64,000 nt of DNA from assembly GCF_041248615.1 (NCBI RefSeq), contig NZ_CP158426.1; one strand, written 5' to 3'. The stretch comes from Escherichia coli. Lineage in GTDB: Bacteria; Pseudomonadota; Gammaproteobacteria; Enterobacterales; Enterobacteriaceae. This document shows, one piece after another, positions 60,113 through 64,000 of the stretch; position 1 is the first letter of the stretch, and every line of letters starts with the position of its first letter. The notes beneath the pieces were generated by a model. It was not told where the DNA came from and searched no databases. It saw only the letters and a list, made by a program, of their open reading frames with translations. The position numbers and the translations under genes are program-made.

Positions 60113-63100
60113 ATGAAAAAGTTACGCGTAGCCGCCTGCATGCTAATGCTGGCGCTGGCAGGGTGCGACAACAACGATAACGCGCCAACAGCGGTGAAAA
60201 AAGATGCGCCTTCTGAAGTTACTAAAGCGGCTTCTTCAGAAAACGTGAGTTCAGCAAAACTTTCCGCGCCGGAGCGACAAAAACTGGCCCAACAGAGTGC
60301 CGGTAAGGCGCTGACATTGCTGGATCTCTCTGAAGTTCAACTTGATGGCGCAGCCACGCTGGTGCTGACGTTCTCCATTCCTCTCGACCCGGATCAGGAT
60401 TTCTCACGCGTTATCCATGTCGTCGATAAGAAAAGCGGCAAAGTGGATGGTGCCTGGGAGCTGTCAGATAATCTTAAAGAGTTGCGTTTACGCCACCTCG
60501 AACCGAAACGTGATTTGATCGTCACTATTGGCAAGGAGGTCAAAGCACTCAACAACGCAACCTTCAGTAAAGATTACGAAAAAACTATAACTACCCGCGA
60601 TATCCAACCCAGCGTCGGTTTTGCCAGCCGTGGCTCGTTGTTACCCGGTAAAGTTATTGAAGGGCTGCCGGTAATGGCGCTCAACGTTAACAATGTCGAT
60701 GTTAACTTCTTCCGTGTTAAGCCAGAATCTCTGCCTGCATTCATTAGCCAATGGGAATACCGCAATTCGCTGGCGAACTGGCAGTCTGAAAAACTGCTGC
60801 AGATGGCGGATCTGGTTTATACCGGACGGTTTGATCTCATTCCTGCGCGTAACACCCGTGAAAAATTATTGCTGCCGCTGGGCGATATCAAACCGCTTCA
60901 GCAGGCAGGCGTGTATCTGGCTGTGATGAATCAGGCTGGACGTTACGATTACAGTAATCCAGCGACGCTGTTTACGTTAAGTGATATCGGCGTTTCAGCT
61001 CACCGTTATCACAATCGTCTGGATATCTTTATCCAAAGTCTGGAAAACGGCGCGGCCCAGCAAGGAATAGAAGTCTCTTTATTAAATGAGAAAGGGCAGA
61101 CTCTGACTCAGGCAACCAGTGATGCTCAGGGGCATGTGCAGCTGGAAAATGATAAAAACGCGGCATTACTGCTGGCGCGTAAAGACGGTCAGACAACGCT
61201 ACTCGATTTAAAACTTCCGGCGCTGGACTTAGCAGAATTTAACATTGCTGGCGCGCCAGGCTATAGCAAACAGTTTTTCATGTTTGGCCCGCGCGATCTT
61301 TATCGCCCTGGTGAAACAGTCATCCTCAATGGTTTACTGCGTGATGCAGATGGTAAAGCATTGCCCGATCAACCCATCAAGTTAGACGTGATTAAACCCG
61401 ACGGGCAGGTACTCAGGAGCGTCGTTAGTCAGCCGGAGAATGGCCTCTACCACTTTACCTGGCCACTCGATAGCAATGCGGCAACCGGTATGTGGCATAT
61501 TCGCGCTAACACGGGCGATAACCAGTACCGGATGTGGGATTTCCACGTCGAAGATTTTATGCCAGAGCGCATGGCGCTGAATCTGACCGGTGAGAAAACC
61601 CCGCTAACGCCGAAAAATGAAGTGAAATTCTCCGTGGTGGGGTACTACCTGTATGGTGCGCCTGCTAATGGTAATACTTTGCAAGGGCAACTTTTCCTGC
61701 GCCCACTGCGTGAAGCTGTGTCAGCCTTACCTGGTTTCGAATTCGGCGATATAGCTGCCGAAAATCTTTCCCGCACGCTGGATGAAGTTCAGTTGACGCT
61801 GGATGATAAAGGGCGTGGCGAAGTTTCTACAGAAAGCCAGTGGAAGGAAACGCATTCCCCATTGCAGGTTATTTTCCAGGGTAGTTTGCTGGAATCGGGC
61901 GGTCGCCCGGTGACGCGCCGCGCTGAGCAGGCTATCTGGCCTGCCGATGCATTGCCGGGGATCCGTCCGCAGTTCGCCTCGAAATCGGTTTACGATTATC
62001 GCACTGACAGCACGGTGAAACAGCCCATTGTTGATGAAGGCAGTAACGCCGCTTTTGACATCGTTTATAGCGATGCGCAAGGCGTGAAAAAAGCCGTGTC
62101 GGGCTTGCAGGTGCGCCTGATTCGCGAACGCCGCGATTACTACTGGAACTGGTCAGAAGATGAAGGCTGGCAATCACAGTTTGATCAAAAAGATCTGATT
62201 GAAAATGAACAAACTCTGGATCTGAAAGCGGACGAAACCGGCAAGGTCAGTTTCCCGGTAGAGTGGGGCGCTTATCGTCTGGAAGTCAAAGCGCCGAATG
62301 AAGCGGTCAGTAGTGTGCGTTTCTGGGCTGGCTATAGCTGGCAGGACAACAGCGACGGGAGCGGTGCCGTGCGACCCGACCGTGTCACGCTGAAACTGGA
62401 TAAAGCCAGTTATCGCCCTGGCGATACCATTAAGTTGCATATTGCCGCGCCAACGGCGGGTAAAGGTTATGCGATGGTCGAGTCCAGTGAAGGGCCGCTG
62501 TGGTGGCAAGAGATTGATGTTCCGGCTCAAGGGCTGGATCTGACGATTCCGGTCGATAAAACCTGGAATCGTCATGATCTGTATTTAAGTACGCTGGTGG
62601 TACGTCCTGGCGATAAATCTCGCTCCGCGACGCCAAAACGCGCGGTTGGGGTGTTGCATCTGCCGCTTGGTGATGAAAACCGTCGCCTCGATCTGGCGCT
62701 GGAAACCCCCACCCAAATGCGCCCCAATCAGCCATTAACCGTGAAAATTAAAGCCAGCAATAAAAACGGTGAGATGCCAAAACAGGTGAATGTGCTGGTG
62801 TCTGCCGTTGATAGCGGTGTGCTAAATATTACTGATTACGTTACCCCCGATCCGTGGCAGGCGTTCTTTGGTCAGAAACGCTATGGTGCAGACATTTACG
62901 ATATTTACGGTCAGGTCATTGAAGGTCAGGGGCGTCTGGCAGCTCTGCGTTTTGGTGGCGATGGTGATGAGCTGAAACGTGGTGGTAAACCGCCGGTCAA
63001 TCACGTCAAAATTGTCGCGCAGCAGGCGCTGCCGGTAACGCTCAACGAACAGGGTGAAGGCTCGGTTACACTGCCGATTGGTGATTTTAACGGTGAATTG

Positions 63101-64000
63101 CGCGTCATGGCGCAAGCCTGGACGGCAGATGACTTCGGTAGCAACGAAAGCAAAGTGATAGTTGCCGCACCGGTGATTGCTGAACTGAACATGCCGCGCT
63201 TTATGGCGAGTGGCGATACCTCGCGTCTGACGCTGGATATCACTAATCTTACCGATAAACCGCAAAAACTGAACGTTGCCCTGACCGCCAGTGGTTTGCT
63301 TGAACTGGTTAGCAACTCTCCCGCACCTGTTGAATTAGCGCCAGGTGTGCGTACTACGCTGTTTATCCCGGTGCGAGCATTGCAAGGTTATGGCGATGGA
63401 GAAATTCAGGCCACCATTAGCGGGTTAGCGTTACCGGGTGAAACCGTTGCCGATCAGCATAAGCAGTGGAAAATCGGCGTCCGTCCAGCGTTCCCGGCAC
63501 AAACGGTTAATTACGGTACGGCGTTGCAGCCTGGTGAAACCTGGGCGCTCCCGGCGGATGGATTGCAAAACTTCTCGCCTGTTACGCTGCAAGGTCAGCT
63601 ATTGTTGAGCGGCAAACCACCGCTGAACATCGCACGTTATATCAAAGAGTTAAAAGCGTATCCGTACGGCTGTCTTGAGCAAACCGCCAGCGGCCTGTTC
63701 CCGTCACTTTATACCAATGCAGCCCAACTGCAGGCGTTGGGCATCAAAGGCGATAGTGATGAGAAACGCCGTGCATCGGTCGATATCGGCATTTCCCGTT
63801 TGCTGCAAATGCAACGTGATAACGGCGGCTTTGCGCTGTGGGATAAAAACGGTGACGAAGAGTACTGGCTGACGGCTTACGTGATGGATTTCCTGGTCCG
63901 CGCAGGCGAACAGGGTTACAGCGTGCCGACGGACGCCATTAACCGGGGTAATGAGCGTCTGCTGCGCTATTTACAAGATCCGGGCATGATATCGATCCCG
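60113..64000 (+). CDS. yfhM: alpha-2-macroglobulin-family lipoprotein YfhM (ECAM), N-terminal 1296 codons; runs off the right edge
   Basis: Not in the ORF track because it has no stop in the window. My own translation from ATG 60113: MKKLRVAACMLMLALAGCDNNDNAPTAV... (lipobox LAGC). The frame stays open to 64000. Thioester motif CLEQ is encoded at 63671-63682 (YPYGCLEQTASG). Confidence 0.92.
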   Translation, partial: MKKLRVAACMLMLALAGCDNNDNAPTAVKKDAPSEVTKAASSENVSSAKLSAPERQKLAQQSAGKALTLLDLSEVQLDGAATLVLTFSIPLDPDQDFSRVIHVVDKKSGKVDGAWELSDNLKELRLRHLEPKRDLIVTIGKEVKALNNATFSKDYEKTITTRDIQPSVGFASRGSLLPGKVIEGLPVMALNVNNVDVNFFRVKPESLPAFISQWEYRNSLANWQSEKLLQMADLVYTGRFDLIPARNTREKLLLPLGDIKPLQQAGVYLAVMNQAGRYDYSNPATLFTLSDIGVSAHRYHNRLDIFIQSLENGAAQQGIEVSLLNEKGQTLTQATSDAQGHVQLENDKNAALLLARKDGQTTLLDLKLPALDLAEFNIAGAPGYSKQFFMFGPRDLYRPGETVILNGLLRDADGKALPDQPIKLDVIKPDGQVLRSVVSQPENGLYHFTWPLDSNAATGMWHIRANTGDNQYRMWDFHVEDFMPERMALNLTGEKTPLTPKNEVKFSVVGYYLYGAPANGNTLQGQLFLRPLREAVSALPGFEFGDIAAENLSRTLDEVQLTLDDKGRGEVSTESQWKETHSPLQVIFQGSLLESGGRPVTRRAEQAIWPADALPGIRPQFASKSVYDYRTDSTVKQPIVDEGSNAAFDIVYSDAQGVKKAVSGLQVRLIRERRDYYWNWSEDEGWQSQFDQKDLIENEQTLDLKADETGKVSFPVEWGAYRLEVKAPNEAVSSVRFWAGYSWQDNSDGSGAVRPDRVTLKLDKASYRPGDTIKLHIAAPTAGKGYAMVESSEGPLWWQEIDVPAQGLDLTIPVDKTWNRHDLYLSTLVVRPGDKSRSATPKRAVGVLHLPLGDENRRLDLALETPTQMRPNQPLTVKIKASNKNGEMPKQVNVLVSAVDSGVLNITDYVTPDPWQAFFGQKRYGADIYDIYGQVIEGQGRLAALRFGGDGDELKRGGKPPVNHVKIVAQQALPVTLNEQGEGSVTLPIGDFNGELRVMAQAWTADDFGSNESKVIVAAPVIAELNMPRFMASGDTSRLTLDITNLTDKPQKLNVALTASGLLELVSNSPAPVELAPGVRTTLFIPVRALQGYGDGEIQATISGLALPGETVADQHKQWKIGVRPAFPAQTVNYGTALQPGETWALPADGLQNFSPVTLQGQLLLSGKPPLNIARYIKELKAYPYGCLEQTASGLFPSLYTNAAQLQALGIKGDSDEKRRASVDIGISRLLQMQRDNGGFALWDKNGDEEYWLTAYVMDFLVRAGEQGYSVPTDAINRGNERLLRYLQDPGMISIP

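Overview
This 64 kb window is core Escherichia coli chromosome. It is colinear, in reverse orientation, with the K-12 segment nadB/rpoE ... yfhM. Calls rest on my recognition of the translated ORFs; no database search was run.

Gene order is: nadB' / rseD-rpoE-rseABC / lepAB / rnc-era-recO-pdxJ-acpS / ohsC-shoB / yfhL / yfhH / pgpC / tadA / mltF / purL / glmY-glrK-yfhG-glrR-glnB / hmp / glyA / yphHGFEDCB / yphA / hcaDBCFE-hcaR-hcaT / csiE / yfhR / suhB / trmJ / iscRSUA-hscBA-fdx-iscX / pepB / sseB / ryfA / sseA / yfhM'. I saw no rRNA, tRNA, CRISPR array, prophage or recognisable defence island.

I do not find convincing evidence for a previously undescribed multi-gene system. What departs from a plain core region is:

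1. An IS481-family element sits in the divergent control region of a ryfA/timP-like small-toxin locus. It is next to a candidate antitoxin sRNA that shares a 19-nt pairing block with the toxin mRNA leader.
2. A 1432-bp IS3-family element lies precisely in the loop of a REP palindrome with a 4-bp GTTC duplication, which is IS1397-like behaviour.
3. Two apparently inactivated genes: yphB with an in-frame TGA, and yfhR with a frameshift.
4. Several functional elements are invisible to the 60-aa ORF track: shoB, ohsC, glmY, rseD, the 41-aa ryfA ORF, and the open-ended yfhM and nadB.
5. An ERIC repeat carries a roughly 69-bp structured internal insert.

Boundaries of RNA genes and of the IS481-like element are approximate.
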